Assembly: GCA_964556895.1 (NCBI GenBank)
Contig: CAZKYC010000013.1
Coordinates: forward strand, 49 to 64,048
Reading direction: 5' to 3'
Length of the DNA stretch: 64,000 bases
Origin: an uncultured bacterium
GTDB taxonomy: Bacteria; Hinthialibacterota; Hinthialibacteria; Hinthialibacterales; Hinthialibacteraceae
The position numbers were made by a program, and so were the translations under genes. Every line of letters begins with the position of its first letter. The stretch's first letter is position 1. This document shows positions 22,701-32,079 of this stretch, piece after piece. The notes under the pieces were generated by a model. The model saw only the letters and a list, made by a program, of their open reading frames with translations, was not told where the DNA came from and made no database searches.

Positions 22701-22807
22701 TCGCCTCAACCGACTTTAACAACGATGGGTGGGACGACGCGGTTTTATTGGACAGCGTCGCCAATCGGCTGGTTTTTTTCGCCAATGTGAGTCAGAACAA
22801 CCAATGA
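19799..22807 (+). CDS. Membrane-anchored Pro/Thr-rich surface protein with Ig/cadherin-like modules and C-terminal FG-GAP/VCBS repeats
   Basis: TM near the N-terminus, long PT-rich stalks, DPDQD and ASDG cadherin-like motifs, and repeated D.N.DG..D motifs. Start uncertain. Confidence 0.85.
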   Translation: MGSAVDTIKQIVDNRKKLSHHWLKPKMTWRRLNRTALQLCMIVCAYVVVFAYISSIYSNYQKPSITQPSAFTPTPSDTPTPSQDPTQTKTPTLIATSTSTPTPTAVPQPTATNTPLPSPPVPTIINTPTSTPVPTMTNTPAPTTTNTPQPTVTPEPTATPTLAPISTTTPTETHTPNPTATAEPTRSHTPAPTQTSTPTSTPEPTETAIPTVTQTQTPTATQTPTAIPTPVLIQNPPMLIPNLHPLYELKRFETVAIQIKAFDPDQDEIAFRVEPDEYIFGVIETNDLFTSGVRFFLQSNLPVGDYQITISASDGVFDVQQTLSFRILAEPPTQTPVPTVTQTNTPTIEPTSTPALTPSSTPTPTPTPTILPTVTPTLSPTATATLQPTHTPAPTITPTAAPTVEPTVEPTVEPTMTAAPPQPPVIQRLPDLRILIDETGQPLLDLDDYALDRLTQRQNLAWNARPLSDGLRLSIDGGNQLYVEAPKRVGKYKARLTLSDNHNQAMQEITIKISSFRMGGFLRLPPIGLGVNERYITPYSLFDSIQPPDFPISEIDWQITEPLPVGIEQMRILDDGRVEIIVGENPPTRPIPLPILAKRVVRPAPTPTPLIPTPSVTPTTRPTPPTPTPVIIAQACGRELAFSKTLEIEVGAQPYEMVWADANGDARLDYLVANYGESTASLLLSNENGSFTKQDLQSGDGCLNVGLDDLNEDGLVDVILLGGYDSTITYYQANEHGFDEPITLTLPEIIYLPEERIERSRIRLITTGRFFEDQPKSLVVALSNITVFYQLENNSFKMVHSKAAPFFYTQISAVDLNGDGVDELAAAHADPERILLFHFKNNRMGLRSDHSLSVDFFGNDPQDILTADINLDGLPDIAALTFNREIHTLLSPHYAPSIFQEPVSLVVNDFDAGDFDRDGEIEYLLAGFDVNTQQSSLAVVCGDGRAAFSTVIPVPVPQAFPVGQEFNIASTDFNNDGWDDAVLLDSVANRLVFFANVSQNNQ
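21008..21042 (+). repeat. Coding tandem repeat, 12 bp x ~3 (VEPT)
   Basis: GTTGAGCCAACA repeated within the PT linker. Confidence 0.9.
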
Positions 22808-22865
22808 GCGGCTTCGAGAAGCGGGCCTCGTCTGTACAATGAGTGAATGAAGAAGGGCTTTCCTT

Positions 22866-23774
22866 ATGAATGATGAACACCGCTCGGGATTCGTTGCGCT
22901 CATTGGCCGCCCCAATGTCGGCAAGTCGACGCTGTTAAACGGCATGTTAGACCACAAACTGGCGGCGGTGTCGCCGCACGCCCAAACCACGCGCAACCGC
23001 ATTTTCGGCATCTTCGACCGCACCAACTGTCAGATTATCTTTCAAGACACGCCTGGCATCCTCGAACCCAAAGACAAGATGCATGACTTCATGCTTCTTG
23101 AAGCAGGCGCCGCGCTGGACGATTGTGACTTGGCGGTCTGGATTATCGACGGCCTCAAAGGCCTGACCGAAGCCGAGCGCACGCTGACCATGAAAGCGCT
23201 GAAAGGCCGCAGCATCCCGCTGGTCGTTGTCTTCAACAAGATGGACGCTGTGCCCATGGAACAACGCGAGAAATTTCACGAGTACGAACAAGAAATTAGC
23301 GAACTCAAACCGGTCAACACCCATTACATCGCGGCGCTTCACTACGACGGCGTCGAAGTGTTGCTGAATGACATCATCTCGCGGATGCCCCATGGTCCGA
23401 AGTTCTACCCGTCCGAACAACTCAGCGACCGCACCCAACGATTTTTTGTCGAAGAAACCATTCGCGAAAAAGCGTTTTTATTATTGAGAGATGAATTGCC
23501 CTACTCGCTGGCCGTGAAGATTGAAACAATGAAAGAGCGCGACAACGGCGTTACCTACATCCAAGCCGCGCTGCATGTCGAGCGCGATTCACAAAAAGGC
23601 ATCGTTTTGGGCAAACGCGGCGCCATGATAAAAGACATCGGCGCCCAGGCGCGTGAAGAACTCGAACAGATGCTTGAATGCAAAGTGTTCTTAGAACTTT
23701 GGGTCAAAGTGACCCCCAAATGGAGAAAACAGCCCAGCCGCCTGCGTGAGTTTGGCTATACCGACAGGGACTAA
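22866..23774 (+). CDS. era: GTPase Era
   Basis: GRPNVGKST, QTTR, DTPG, NKMD, ELPY and a KH domain (QKGIVLGKRG). Confidence 0.96.
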   Translation: MNDEHRSGFVALIGRPNVGKSTLLNGMLDHKLAAVSPHAQTTRNRIFGIFDRTNCQIIFQDTPGILEPKDKMHDFMLLEAGAALDDCDLAVWIIDGLKGLTEAERTLTMKALKGRSIPLVVVFNKMDAVPMEQREKFHEYEQEISELKPVNTHYIAALHYDGVEVLLNDIISRMPHGPKFYPSEQLSDRTQRFFVEETIREKAFLLLRDELPYSLAVKIETMKERDNGVTYIQAALHVERDSQKGIVLGKRGAMIKDIGAQAREELEQMLECKVFLELWVKVTPKWRKQPSRLREFGYTDRD

Positions 23775-23897
23775 ACCGCTTTATTTTCTTCGCTTACCTG
23801 CCCTAAAGTTATCTTGTTGAAATATATAGCCCTAGAGCACGCAGCTTTACAGACACCCAAACTAGGCAGGTGGTACGTTTTAAACGATTAAAACGTA

Positions 23898-23925
23898 TTG
23901 ACAAGCGCATGATTTTCTCTAGACT
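23898..23925 (+). promoter_or_regulatory. Sigma70-type promoter of the pilin-like gene
   Basis: TTGACA-N16-TAGACT, with RBS GGAGG before GTG 24002. Confidence 0.6.
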
Positions 23926-24001
23926 TTAAGTAGTAGATTGGTTGAATACACCGAGTGATAAGAGGGCATAACGCGCCATAAAAGTCACGGGGAGGTGACG
24001 G

Positions 24002-24586
24002 GTGCCCATCAAGCCAGCATTCTCCGCAATCGAATTGTTGTTAGTTGCGGGAATCACTGCGATTTTAGTTGCTATCGCGGTTCCAGGTTATCTTGACGCC
24101 AAAGTGCGCGCCGAGGTAGTCGACGTGCGGGTGTCGCTAAACCAAATCAGCAACGCGCTGCTTCAATACCACCTCGAACACAGCGACTTTCCTGAGTCAC
24201 CTACATACGATAACCCAAAACCGCTTAATCGTCTGATCAAAACCGAACTTCTCACCCAAGAACCAACTGACCGTTTCAAACAAGGTCTGTCTGGAATTGG
24301 CGGTTTATACGCCAATTCGGTGCTTGGGTATGATTATGTGAACCCGTCTGACAAGCGCTTTAACTACTTTCACGCATCAAACATGGCAAAAACGTCTGGC
24401 AATAGCGCCTTCCGTACCAATAAGTATTGGTTCATGCACAGCATCGGCCCCGACCAGACCGACTATCGCGATGAAGGCCTGGGCCGCTTGTCTGGCGTCG
24501 GCAACGAACTGGGCGTGGTCGAGTATGACCCCACCAACGGCACCTTTAGCCTAGGCGAGATCACCCGCACCCAGATTGGCGGGTAA
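24002..24586 (+). CDS. Prepilin/pseudopilin-like protein (GspG-like)
   Basis: A|FSAIELLLVAGITAILVAIAVP N-terminus and C-terminal SIGPDQ...YDPTNGTFSLGEI. Confidence 0.8.
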   Translation: MPIKPAFSAIELLLVAGITAILVAIAVPGYLDAKVRAEVVDVRVSLNQISNALLQYHLEHSDFPESPTYDNPKPLNRLIKTELLTQEPTDRFKQGLSGIGGLYANSVLGYDYVNPSDKRFNYFHASNMAKTSGNSAFRTNKYWFMHSIGPDQTDYRDEGLGRLSGVGNELGVVEYDPTNGTFSLGEITRTQIGG

Positions 24587-24609
24587 CAGAAACACAACGA
24601 AAGTCTTGT

Positions 24610-24642
24610 AAGCCGCCGGGCGAACGCCTCGCGGCTTTTTTT
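24610..24642 (+). terminator. Rho-independent terminator
   Basis: AAGCCGC...GCGGCTT stem followed by a T7 tract. Confidence 0.75.
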
Positions 24643-24664
24643 ATTCTTGGTTGAGGACAACACC

Positions 24665-25288
24665 ATGCTACAAACCATCACCCTGGCCGTCGGGCCGCTG
24701 CAGTCAAATTGTTACCTGTTGTATGACGACGAAACCAATGATGCCGCGATCATCGACCCTGGCGCGGACGGCGAACGCATCGAAGCGGTCATCAGCGAAC
24801 ATGCCCTTAATCCGCTCTTGATTCTCAATACCCACGGACACGGCGACCATATCGCGGCAAATCGGCATGTCAAAGAGTTGTATAACGTTCCGTTGATGAT
24901 TCACGCTGGCGACGCGCCCATGTTGACCGACCCTCAACAGAATTTGTCTCATTTCATGGGCGTCCCCATCACATCGCCCGCCGCCGACCGGCAGTTAAAT
25001 GATGGAGACGAACTCGAATTCGGCGAGCGAACCATCAAAACCTATCACACCCCGGGGCACAGCCCGGGCGGCGTATCGTTTCATATCGAAAACTACTTAT
25101 TCGTCGGCGACGCCCTGTTTAAGGAATCGGTCGGGCGCTCTGACCTGCCGGGCGCGTCGCATGAAGTCTTGATCGAAGCCATTCGCAGTCAACTCCTGGT
25201 CTTACCAGACGATACTATTGTGTATCCGGGCCACGGGCCGTCGACCACCATCGGCGGCGAAAAACAAAATAACCCGTTTTTGGTTTAG
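24665..25288 (+). CDS. MBL-fold metallo-hydrolase (glyoxalase II-like)
   Basis: THGHGDH, TPGHSPG, GDALF and YPGHG motifs. Confidence 0.92.
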   Translation: MLQTITLAVGPLQSNCYLLYDDETNDAAIIDPGADGERIEAVISEHALNPLLILNTHGHGDHIAANRHVKELYNVPLMIHAGDAPMLTDPQQNLSHFMGVPITSPAADRQLNDGDELEFGERTIKTYHTPGHSPGGVSFHIENYLFVGDALFKESVGRSDLPGASHEVLIEAIRSQLLVLPDDTIVYPGHGPSTTIGGEKQNNPFLV

Positions 25289-25321
25289 ATGACGAATCTA
25301 CATTCAAAAAAACTATTACAG

Positions 25322-25512
25322 GTAGTCCGGTGGGCTGCTTCGCGAGCCCACCCTACCCGCTTTACCTGGGGAGGGCGAGGCTCCCGCCGAGCCGAGGCGA
25401 ATCAGCGCCTCACGAATGCCCCCCTTTTTAAGGGGAGCGGCGTCACAGACGCCGGGGGGATCCATCTATCTCAACCAACCCCCACCCAGCCTCCCCCATC
25501 TTGGGGGAGGGG
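25322..25512. repeat. Cluster of four different REP-like palindromes
   Basis: GGTGGGC..GCCCACCCTAC (25322-25356), GGGAGGGCGAGGCTCCCGCCGAGCCG (25368-25394), CCCCCTTTTTAAGGGG..GGGGGGATC (25417-25462) and CCTCCCCCATCTTGGGGGAGG (25478-25512). Each has relatives elsewhere in the window. Confidence 0.85.
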
Positions 25513-25548
25513 CAACACTGCAATCCTCAACAAAGTTGATTCAACAAC

Positions 25549-26484
25549 ATGAATCAACTATTAGCCGCTGCCAAACCCAAACCCATTAACCGCTATGCGC
25601 GGGAGTTTCTCGACCATCTGCGCCTAGAGCGCGGTTCGGCCAAAGCAACGGTCGACGCCTACCGCCGCGACCTGACTCAACACATCAACGCGCTCGAAGA
25701 GCAACAAATTGCGTTCCCGGAAGGCGTAACCTGTGAGGCGGTGTCGCATTTCTTTGACGCTCTTCTCATCGAAGGCGCGCGCCCCTCGACCCTGGCGCGT
25801 AAGACCTCGGCGTTGCGGCGCTTTTATCAATACCTGGTTCAAGAACAATACATCAGCGAAGACCCGACCCGCCTGCTGCGCCGCTCCAGCGCGCCCAAGC
25901 GGTTTAAGGGGGCGCTGACAGCCGATGAGATGCAGCGGTTGATCGACGCCACCGAACAAGAGCGCGACGACGCCTTGCGCCTACGCGACCGCGCCATGAT
26001 TGAGTTGCTCTACGCCACTGGGCTGCGCGTGTCGGAACTGTTGAACCTGCGCCCCGGCGACCTGAATTTTCAGTTTCGATTTTTGCGCACCGTCGGCAAA
26101 GGCGACAAAGAACGCCTGGCGCCCTTTCATGAAGAAGCCGCCCGCAAGATCACCGACTACCTCGAACAGGGCCGTCCGGTGTTGTGTGAAGTGAATGACG
26201 GCGAAACGCTGTTCGTTAACCGTTTTGGCAAGAAGTTAAGCCGTATGGGGTTTTGGAAGATCCTCAGAAAATACGCCCTCTTGGCGGGCATCACCGCCGA
26301 ACTGACGCCGCACACTTTGCGCCATACCTTCGCCACCCACATGCTTGCGAACGGCGCTGACCTGCGTTCGCTTCAGGAACTGCTGGGCCACGCCAGCATC
26401 AACACCACCGAAATCTATACCCACCTCGACGAACGCCGCATGTCAGAACTACACCAGCAATTTCACCCAAGAAACCGGAAGTAA
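25549..26484 (+). CDS. xerD: Site-specific tyrosine recombinase XerD
   Basis: LYATGLRVSEL, GKGDKER, SRMGFWK, HTLRHTFATH and LLGHASINTTEIY motifs. Confidence 0.9.
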   Translation: MNQLLAAAKPKPINRYAREFLDHLRLERGSAKATVDAYRRDLTQHINALEEQQIAFPEGVTCEAVSHFFDALLIEGARPSTLARKTSALRRFYQYLVQEQYISEDPTRLLRRSSAPKRFKGALTADEMQRLIDATEQERDDALRLRDRAMIELLYATGLRVSELLNLRPGDLNFQFRFLRTVGKGDKERLAPFHEEAARKITDYLEQGRPVLCEVNDGETLFVNRFGKKLSRMGFWKILRKYALLAGITAELTPHTLRHTFATHMLANGADLRSLQELLGHASINTTEIYTHLDERRMSELHQQFHPRNRK

Positions 26485-26497
26485 CTACAGACAAACG

Positions 26498-27658
26498 CTA
26501 TGTTTTGCGAAAGGGCAAAAACGCGAGGATGGTTTCGGGTTTTGGCCGATACCCTTTCTCCGTTTTTTCGACAATTTCCATTTTAATCAATTCATTTAAA
26601 TCACGCCAAATCACCATTTCTTTTTTCGTTGCATACATTCGGGCGACGGCTGGACTGATATCTTTAATTTTTGATAAGGGCACTTCTTCAGAGAAGTTAC
26701 ATAAATCATACGCCAATTGTTTGCGTCTGCGTTTCACTTTGGTTTGTTGGTCTAAAAAACTTTGGTGAATATAATTTAACCAAGCAACATGGAGTTGTTG
26801 ACGACGAATCAAAGCCAGTTGTTCTTTCAACCCATCAACAAACCCCTGAACCGCATAGTGTATAAACGGAACAAGGTCGCCGCCGCTCCGGCTGGTCTTG
26901 TCTAATTCTCGGTAGTATTTGGTCCGTGTTTGATTGTAATGGTTACTTAAAAGTTGCGCCGCTGGGGCTGGCACTCCACTTTCAAGCAATATTTGAAATT
27001 CGAGCAATCTCGCTGTTCTTCCGTTCCCGTCGCCAAATGGGTGGATCCAAGCGATATAAATATGGGCAATAATCGCTTTGAGAATTCCATAAACAATTGC
27101 TAATTCATCATCGGCTTTAAATTCAGGCCCATTTAGCCAATCACAAAGATTGTCAATGAGTTGTTTGCAATGTTTCGCGTCGGGAGCGCGATAATTCCCG
27201 ACCCCAACTTCATGCAATCGAAACGGCCCTGGGGTTACCTCTTCTTTTCCATCAAGTTTATGAAGCACTTTCGCGTTATAACTTTGAATTAACGCCGAAT
27301 CTATCGTAATTGCCGCCTCTGGGCTTTGAATTAGACCTTCTTTGATTGTATTACAGGCGCCAATCACGTTATCAACTTCTTGGCCTAAATATTCTTTGGA
27401 TTGAGGCAGCGGTTTGGGATCGTCAATTCGATCCTTAACTTCTTCAAACGACAATGTGTTTCCCTCAATCGCCGTGGTTGCTTGAACGCCCTTCGCGAGG
27501 TAAATCTGATGCAGTTCTTTTGCTACATTGGGTCGTAAAGGAACACCAGCGATATGTTCACACTTTGATTTTGCTTCTCCTAAGTCCATCCACAATTTGG
27601 GCGGCGCTTCATTTAATTGAAGTGTAAACGTAATCCATGGAAACTTTTTAGAAGTCAT
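26498..27658 (-). CDS. Fic family protein with C-terminal HTH
   Basis: Canonical HPFGDGNGRTAR motif and N-terminal TTAIEGN. Visibly more AT-rich than its neighbours. Confidence 0.93.
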   Translation of the reverse strand: MTSKKFPWITFTLQLNEAPPKLWMDLGEAKSKCEHIAGVPLRPNVAKELHQIYLAKGVQATTAIEGNTLSFEEVKDRIDDPKPLPQSKEYLGQEVDNVIGACNTIKEGLIQSPEAAITIDSALIQSYNAKVLHKLDGKEEVTPGPFRLHEVGVGNYRAPDAKHCKQLIDNLCDWLNGPEFKADDELAIVYGILKAIIAHIYIAWIHPFGDGNGRTARLLEFQILLESGVPAPAAQLLSNHYNQTRTKYYRELDKTSRSGGDLVPFIHYAVQGFVDGLKEQLALIRRQQLHVAWLNYIHQSFLDQQTKVKRRRKQLAYDLCNFSEEVPLSKIKDISPAVARMYATKKEMVIWRDLNELIKMEIVEKTEKGYRPKPETILAFLPFRKT

Positions 27659-27790
27659 AACGTTTAAGAAATAAAATAAATAAGTCTATAATAACAAGAT
27701 AGATAAACGATATTATTCGTTTATTTTGATAAGAGTAATGAAATTATAAACGATACAATAAAATAAAACAGGGGTAAAAGGGACAGATTA

Positions 27791-28576
27791 CTACTCCCCG
27801 ATGGTTTGGTAGAGTTTGGCGAGGCGGCGGGCGTGTTCGTCGTAGGCTGATTCAAATAACGCGGTCGCGCGTTCGGCGCCGATGACCGCCGCGCCAGTCA
27901 ACACCTTGGGCGGCTGGCCCGCGTTGGTGAGATGGGCCGCCACTTCGGCCTTGATGCAATTGATGATCGCACAGCCCCCAATGGTCGAGCCGGGAGCGAC
28001 GGGAGTCTCCAGCCCAACGACCTTCACCATGGCGTCGCCCACCGGCGCACCGGTGTCGAGGACGATGTCGGCGCAATCCTGAAGTTTGACGCCGTCCGGG
28101 TGTTTGCTGGGAGTGGCGTCGGCGTGTTTCTTGCTGACGATGGCGACCACTTTGATGCCGCGTTTTTGGAACCCCAGCGCCATTTCAATCGGCACCAGAT
28201 TGGCCCCGCTCGACGACACCACCAGCGCGCTGTCGTCTGACGAAAATTCAAAGTTGCGCAGGATGCGCTCAGCGAAACCCGGCACGTTCTCTAAAAACAT
28301 GGCCTGGCGCTGGCCGTTTGGCCCCACGACCGGGTGGTGAAAAGTCAGAGACAGTTCGACAATGGGGTTAAACCCAGGGAACGACCCATAGCGCGGCCAC
28401 ATCTCTTCGACCAGAATACGGCTATGGCCAGAGCCAAACAGGTGCACCATACGCCCCGCTAAAATGCTTTGAGTGAATAGTTCCGCCGCCTGGTGAATCG
28501 CCTCGCGCTGGGCCTCGACACAGTCAAGCAGCTGCCGGCATTGAGTGATGTAATCAGTAATTGGCGATAGGGTCAT
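27791..28576 (-). CDS. SIS domain (sugar isomerase) protein
   Basis: FGSGHS, SSSGAN and DIVLDTG..GDA motifs. Confidence 0.88.
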   Translation of the reverse strand: MTLSPITDYITQCRQLLDCVEAQREAIHQAAELFTQSILAGRMVHLFGSGHSRILVEEMWPRYGSFPGFNPIVELSLTFHHPVVGPNGQRQAMFLENVPGFAERILRNFEFSSDDSALVVSSSGANLVPIEMALGFQKRGIKVVAIVSKKHADATPSKHPDGVKLQDCADIVLDTGAPVGDAMVKVVGLETPVAPGSTIGGCAIINCIKAEVAAHLTNAGQPPKVLTGAAVIGAERATALFESAYDEHARRLAKLYQTIGE

Positions 28577-28630
28577 CGTTCACGTTCTCTGTTCTAACAA
28601 CATGGCGATACACTCAAATTCCTCTTACTC

Positions 28631-28651
28631 TCCCCCCCATCTTGGGGGGGA
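28631..28651. repeat. REP-like palindrome (same family as 25478-25512)
   Basis: TCCCCCCCATCTTGGGGGGGA. Confidence 0.7.
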
Positions 28652-28705
28652 AGGTGTTCTCTTTCGGGCATATAACCCGCTAGATACTATGATAGCGCGA
28701 AGGAA

Positions 28706-30268
28706 CTACGCTTCCGGTTTCACTCGCAGCCACCATTCGTCATACAGCGCTTTGAGAAGGCGAACGACTTCAGGGCGTTCTGCCGCGAGGTTGTTGGTCT
28801 CGGTCTTGTCGGCGTCCACGTCAAAGAGTTCCCAGTTGTCTTGCCACGACACCAGTTTCCATTTTCCGGCGCGCACCGCCCTGCCGCGCGCCCATTGCCA
28901 AAAGATGGGACGCTGGCGCGTCCAGTCTTCGCCGTCGATCACTGATAGAAAGCTTTCGCCTTCCATCGCGGGGATGGCCTCGCCATGAATCCCTGCTTGG
29001 GGGTAGTCCGCCCCGGCGGCGTCAAGCAGGGTCGGCATCACATCGATGAAATGCCCGGTGGAATTGTTGATACGGCCTGGGGTTTTCAGGCGTTCAGGCC
29101 AGTAGGCGATCATGGGCGTACACACCCCGCCCTCGTGGCTGTAGTTTTTATGGAAACGATAAGGCGTATTGCAGACGTTTGACCAGTCGCGGCCCAGCGA
29201 GGTCCAGCGTTCCATGCTTCCGATCTCGCCCGTCCAGGGGGAATTTTTTCCCTTCGTCACCATCTCAGCCGAACAGCCATTGTCTGACGCAAACAGAATG
29301 AGGGTGTTGTCTTCTTCGCCCAATTCACGAATTTTGTCGACGACTTCGCCCACCTTTTGGTCGACGCGGTCAATCATGGCGCAATAGACCGCCATTTTGA
29401 GGTCTTCTTGGTCTTGTTGTTCGGGGGTGAGTGAATGCCAATCTTTGTGTTCGGGTTGGGATTGTTTGAAGGTATCGTCGATCAGCCCCATCTCGCGCTG
29501 GCGCTTGTCACGCTGGGCGCGGAGAGCGGCGTAGCCTTGTTTGTACTTGCCGCGGTATTTGGCGATGTCATCCGGCCACGCCATCAGCGGGTCATGCGGC
29601 GCGGTGTAGGAGAGATATAAGAAAAACGGCTTGTCTTCGTTTTTGTATTCATCTAAATACTCAAGCGCGTACTTGGTGAAATAATCGGTGGTATAAAAAT
29701 CGGTCTCAGGCGGGGTATAGCCTTCGATGGTCTTGTCGTCGATACACCAGGCGCGGCCGTCGCGCTTACGGGCGGGGTCAGGTTCGCCGGGGCGTTGAAA
29801 GCCGGGGTTGAAGTGGTTGCTGGCGCCGTCGCGCAAGCCAAAGTAGCGGTCAAAGCCAAAGTCGACGGGGTTGTCGAGGCCGTGGTGTTTGCCCGTCATC
29901 AGAGTGCGGTACCCGGCTTGTTTGAGCGCCGCCGCAATGGTGGTGCAATGTTTGAAATGGCTGTGTTTCTTGCTCATGTTGCACTGTTGGGCATACAGCC
30001 CGGTCAGCAGGCACGCCCGTGAGGGGAAACACTTGGCGGTGTTGTGCATCTGGGTGAAGCGCACCCCGCCCCGGGCGAGGCGGTCGAGGTTGGGCGTTTT
30101 CACTTCGCTGCCGTAACAACCGATGTCAGACCAGCCCATGTCATCAACCAGAATGAAGACGATATTGGGGCGTTTGTCTGTCTTGGCGTTGACGGGGCCT
30201 GCGCCGGTTAATGCGGCGGCGCCCAAACTGATTGTTTTTATGGCATCGCGGCGGTTTAGGTTTTTCAT
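28706..30268 (-). CDS. Arylsulfatase, Tat-exported
   Basis: NRRDAIK Tat motif, PNIVFILVDD, CFPSR formylglycine motif, GKHH, APHDP and SDNG. Confidence 0.93.
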   Translation of the reverse strand: MKNLNRRDAIKTISLGAAALTGAGPVNAKTDKRPNIVFILVDDMGWSDIGCYGSEVKTPNLDRLARGGVRFTQMHNTAKCFPSRACLLTGLYAQQCNMSKKHSHFKHCTTIAAALKQAGYRTLMTGKHHGLDNPVDFGFDRYFGLRDGASNHFNPGFQRPGEPDPARKRDGRAWCIDDKTIEGYTPPETDFYTTDYFTKYALEYLDEYKNEDKPFFLYLSYTAPHDPLMAWPDDIAKYRGKYKQGYAALRAQRDKRQREMGLIDDTFKQSQPEHKDWHSLTPEQQDQEDLKMAVYCAMIDRVDQKVGEVVDKIRELGEEDNTLILFASDNGCSAEMVTKGKNSPWTGEIGSMERWTSLGRDWSNVCNTPYRFHKNYSHEGGVCTPMIAYWPERLKTPGRINNSTGHFIDVMPTLLDAAGADYPQAGIHGEAIPAMEGESFLSVIDGEDWTRQRPIFWQWARGRAVRAGKWKLVSWQDNWELFDVDADKTETNNLAAERPEVVRLLKALYDEWWLRVKPEA

Positions 30269-30401
30269 CGAAGCCTTGCCTGTCATTCTACTGTCCCTTT
30301 CAAATCAATGATGGATTTCTTACGCAATGCAATTTTACCCTCATCCTACCCCTTTCTACGACAGGCACAGGCGAAGGCCGACGCGGCGAGCTCGAATAAC
30401 T

Positions 30402-30483
30402 GGGGACGGCGAACCTCTTGGTGAGCCGCGATAAAGTGAAAACGTATCATACTTCGCGGCTCGTCGAGAGACTCGCCCTCCCC
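30402..30483. repeat. REPIN-like inverted doublet (family B)
   Basis: GGGGACGGCGAACCTC..GAGCCGCG / CGCGGCTC..GAGACTCGCCCTCCCC. Related to 34723-34803 and 25368. Confidence 0.85.
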
Positions 30484-30576
30484 ATACTTCGGTCGCGATG
30501 CTCCCTCGCAATGACGCCCGCTGGCTTTCTCAGAGTTTTCACAGAGAAAAAGTAAATGGAATCTGAGCCGAGACGT

Positions 30577-31653
30577 CTATCGCAAGATGGCTTCGCTTTC
30601 ATCTGAGATGACTAGTTTATATGAACGCGGGCGACGGTCGCTGCAACTAATAGTGACATTGCGGCCCAGAATGCTGTGGTCGATGCGCTCATCAACGTTG
30701 CTGATTTGGCAGTGCTCCATAATGACGCTGTATTCGACTTCACAATTCAACAGGCGCGAGTTGTCGCCGATTGAGGTGAAACTGCCGACAAAGGCGTCGC
30801 GGATAAAACAGTTTTTGCCGATGACGACCGGGCCGCGAATGGTGCTGCGCTCGATTTTACTGCCCTTGCCGATGACCACATCGCCGCGTACGTCAGAGCC
30901 GTCGTCGACCACGCCATGGTTTTCGGGTTGGTCGATGTCGCTTAACACCAGGCGGTTGGCTTCGATCATATCGTCGGGGTTTCCGGCGTCGATCCACCAG
31001 CCGTCTAACACCTGGTGGCCGACCGGGTAGCCGCCGTCGATCAGGCCTTGGATGGCGTCGGTGATTTCATATTCACCCCGCCCAGAGGGTTTGAGGTCTT
31101 TGAGTATTTTGTGAACATTGGGCGAGAAGACATAAATCCCGATTGCGGCCAGGTTGGTCGACGGGTCTTTGGGCTTTTCGACCAGTTTCACAACACGGTC
31201 GTTTTCCATCAGGGCGATGCCGTAGAGTTCGGGTTTCTCCACTTCGCGCAGGCAGATGACCGCTCCGTCTTTGCATTGTTCAAACTGATTGACGGCGCCT
31301 TCGAGGCCTTCTTGAAGCAGGTTGTCGCCTAGGTACATGACAAAAGGCGAGTCGCCCAAAAACTCCTGCGACACCATGATGGTATGGGCGATGCCCAGCG
31401 GTTTTTCCTGTTGAATATAGGTAATCTTCACGCCAAAGTCAGCGCCGTCGTCGATAACGTCGGCCATATCGCGGGTGTTGTCGCTGACCACGATGCCGAT
31501 TTCTTCGATGCCGACGCGTTTCAGCTTTTCAATCGCATACAACACCAGCGGCTTGTTGGCGATAGGAATCAGCGGCTTGGAGTTAGTGAAGGTCAGCGGC
31601 CTGAGGCGCTTGCCCCGGCCCGCGCATGGGATGATGGCTTTAAGTGTTGTCAT
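30577..31653 (-). CDS. rfbA: Glucose-1-phosphate thymidylyltransferase (long form)
   Basis: AGRGKRLRPLT, Q.KPLGIAH, YLGDN, SGRGEYEITDA, WIDAG and C-terminal hexapeptide repeats. Confidence 0.9.
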   Translation of the reverse strand: MTTLKAIIPCAGRGKRLRPLTFTNSKPLIPIANKPLVLYAIEKLKRVGIEEIGIVVSDNTRDMADVIDDGADFGVKITYIQQEKPLGIAHTIMVSQEFLGDSPFVMYLGDNLLQEGLEGAVNQFEQCKDGAVICLREVEKPELYGIALMENDRVVKLVEKPKDPSTNLAAIGIYVFSPNVHKILKDLKPSGRGEYEITDAIQGLIDGGYPVGHQVLDGWWIDAGNPDDMIEANRLVLSDIDQPENHGVVDDGSDVRGDVVIGKGSKIERSTIRGPVVIGKNCFIRDAFVGSFTSIGDNSRLLNCEVEYSVIMEHCQISNVDERIDHSILGRNVTISCSDRRPRSYKLVISDESEAILR

Positions 31654-31755
31654 TCGTCTCCCCCCAATTTGTGTTGTTTCGTCTTTGTGAATGATACGGT
31701 AAACACAGTCTTAGTTTCTCATGTCATCACGTCTGAGAATACGAAATGAATTCAC

Positions 31756-32079
31756 TTACTGATGTTCCATTGCATTTCTTAGAATTGTATTAATGCGGGT
31801 TTGGTAGCCTGGCCCTTGTTCTTTTATCCATTCGACTAAGTCAGCGTCTAAACGAATTGTGATTCGCTTTCTAGGGTTCTCTTTGGGTGGTCGCCCAGGC
31901 GAGCGGTTTAATAGAGAGGTAGCATTCGCTTTCCCTACGATCTTCGCTAGCGCTTCTTTTGCCGGGCGAGAACGTGAGAAATCCTGTTCGGTCCACTCAG
32001 GATTACTCGGATCATTTTGAATACCGAGATTGATCTCCTCATCTTCTTTAGGATGTGGAGTTTTCAATTTTTTGTTCAT
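31756..32079 (-). CDS. brnA: BrnA family antitoxin
   Basis: NPEWT, GRPPKENPRKRITIRLDADLVEWIK and GYQTRINTILR motifs. Confidence 0.9.
   Translation of the reverse strand: MNKKLKTPHPKEDEEINLGIQNDPSNPEWTEQDFSRSRPAKEALAKIVGKANATSLLNRSPGRPPKENPRKRITIRLDADLVEWIKEQGPGYQTRINTILRNAMEHQ

Noticed and set aside
25549-27658. Integrated element or prophage at the tyrosine recombinase
   Set aside because: The protein has housekeeping XerD features, and I found no att repeats, phage genes or dif-like site.
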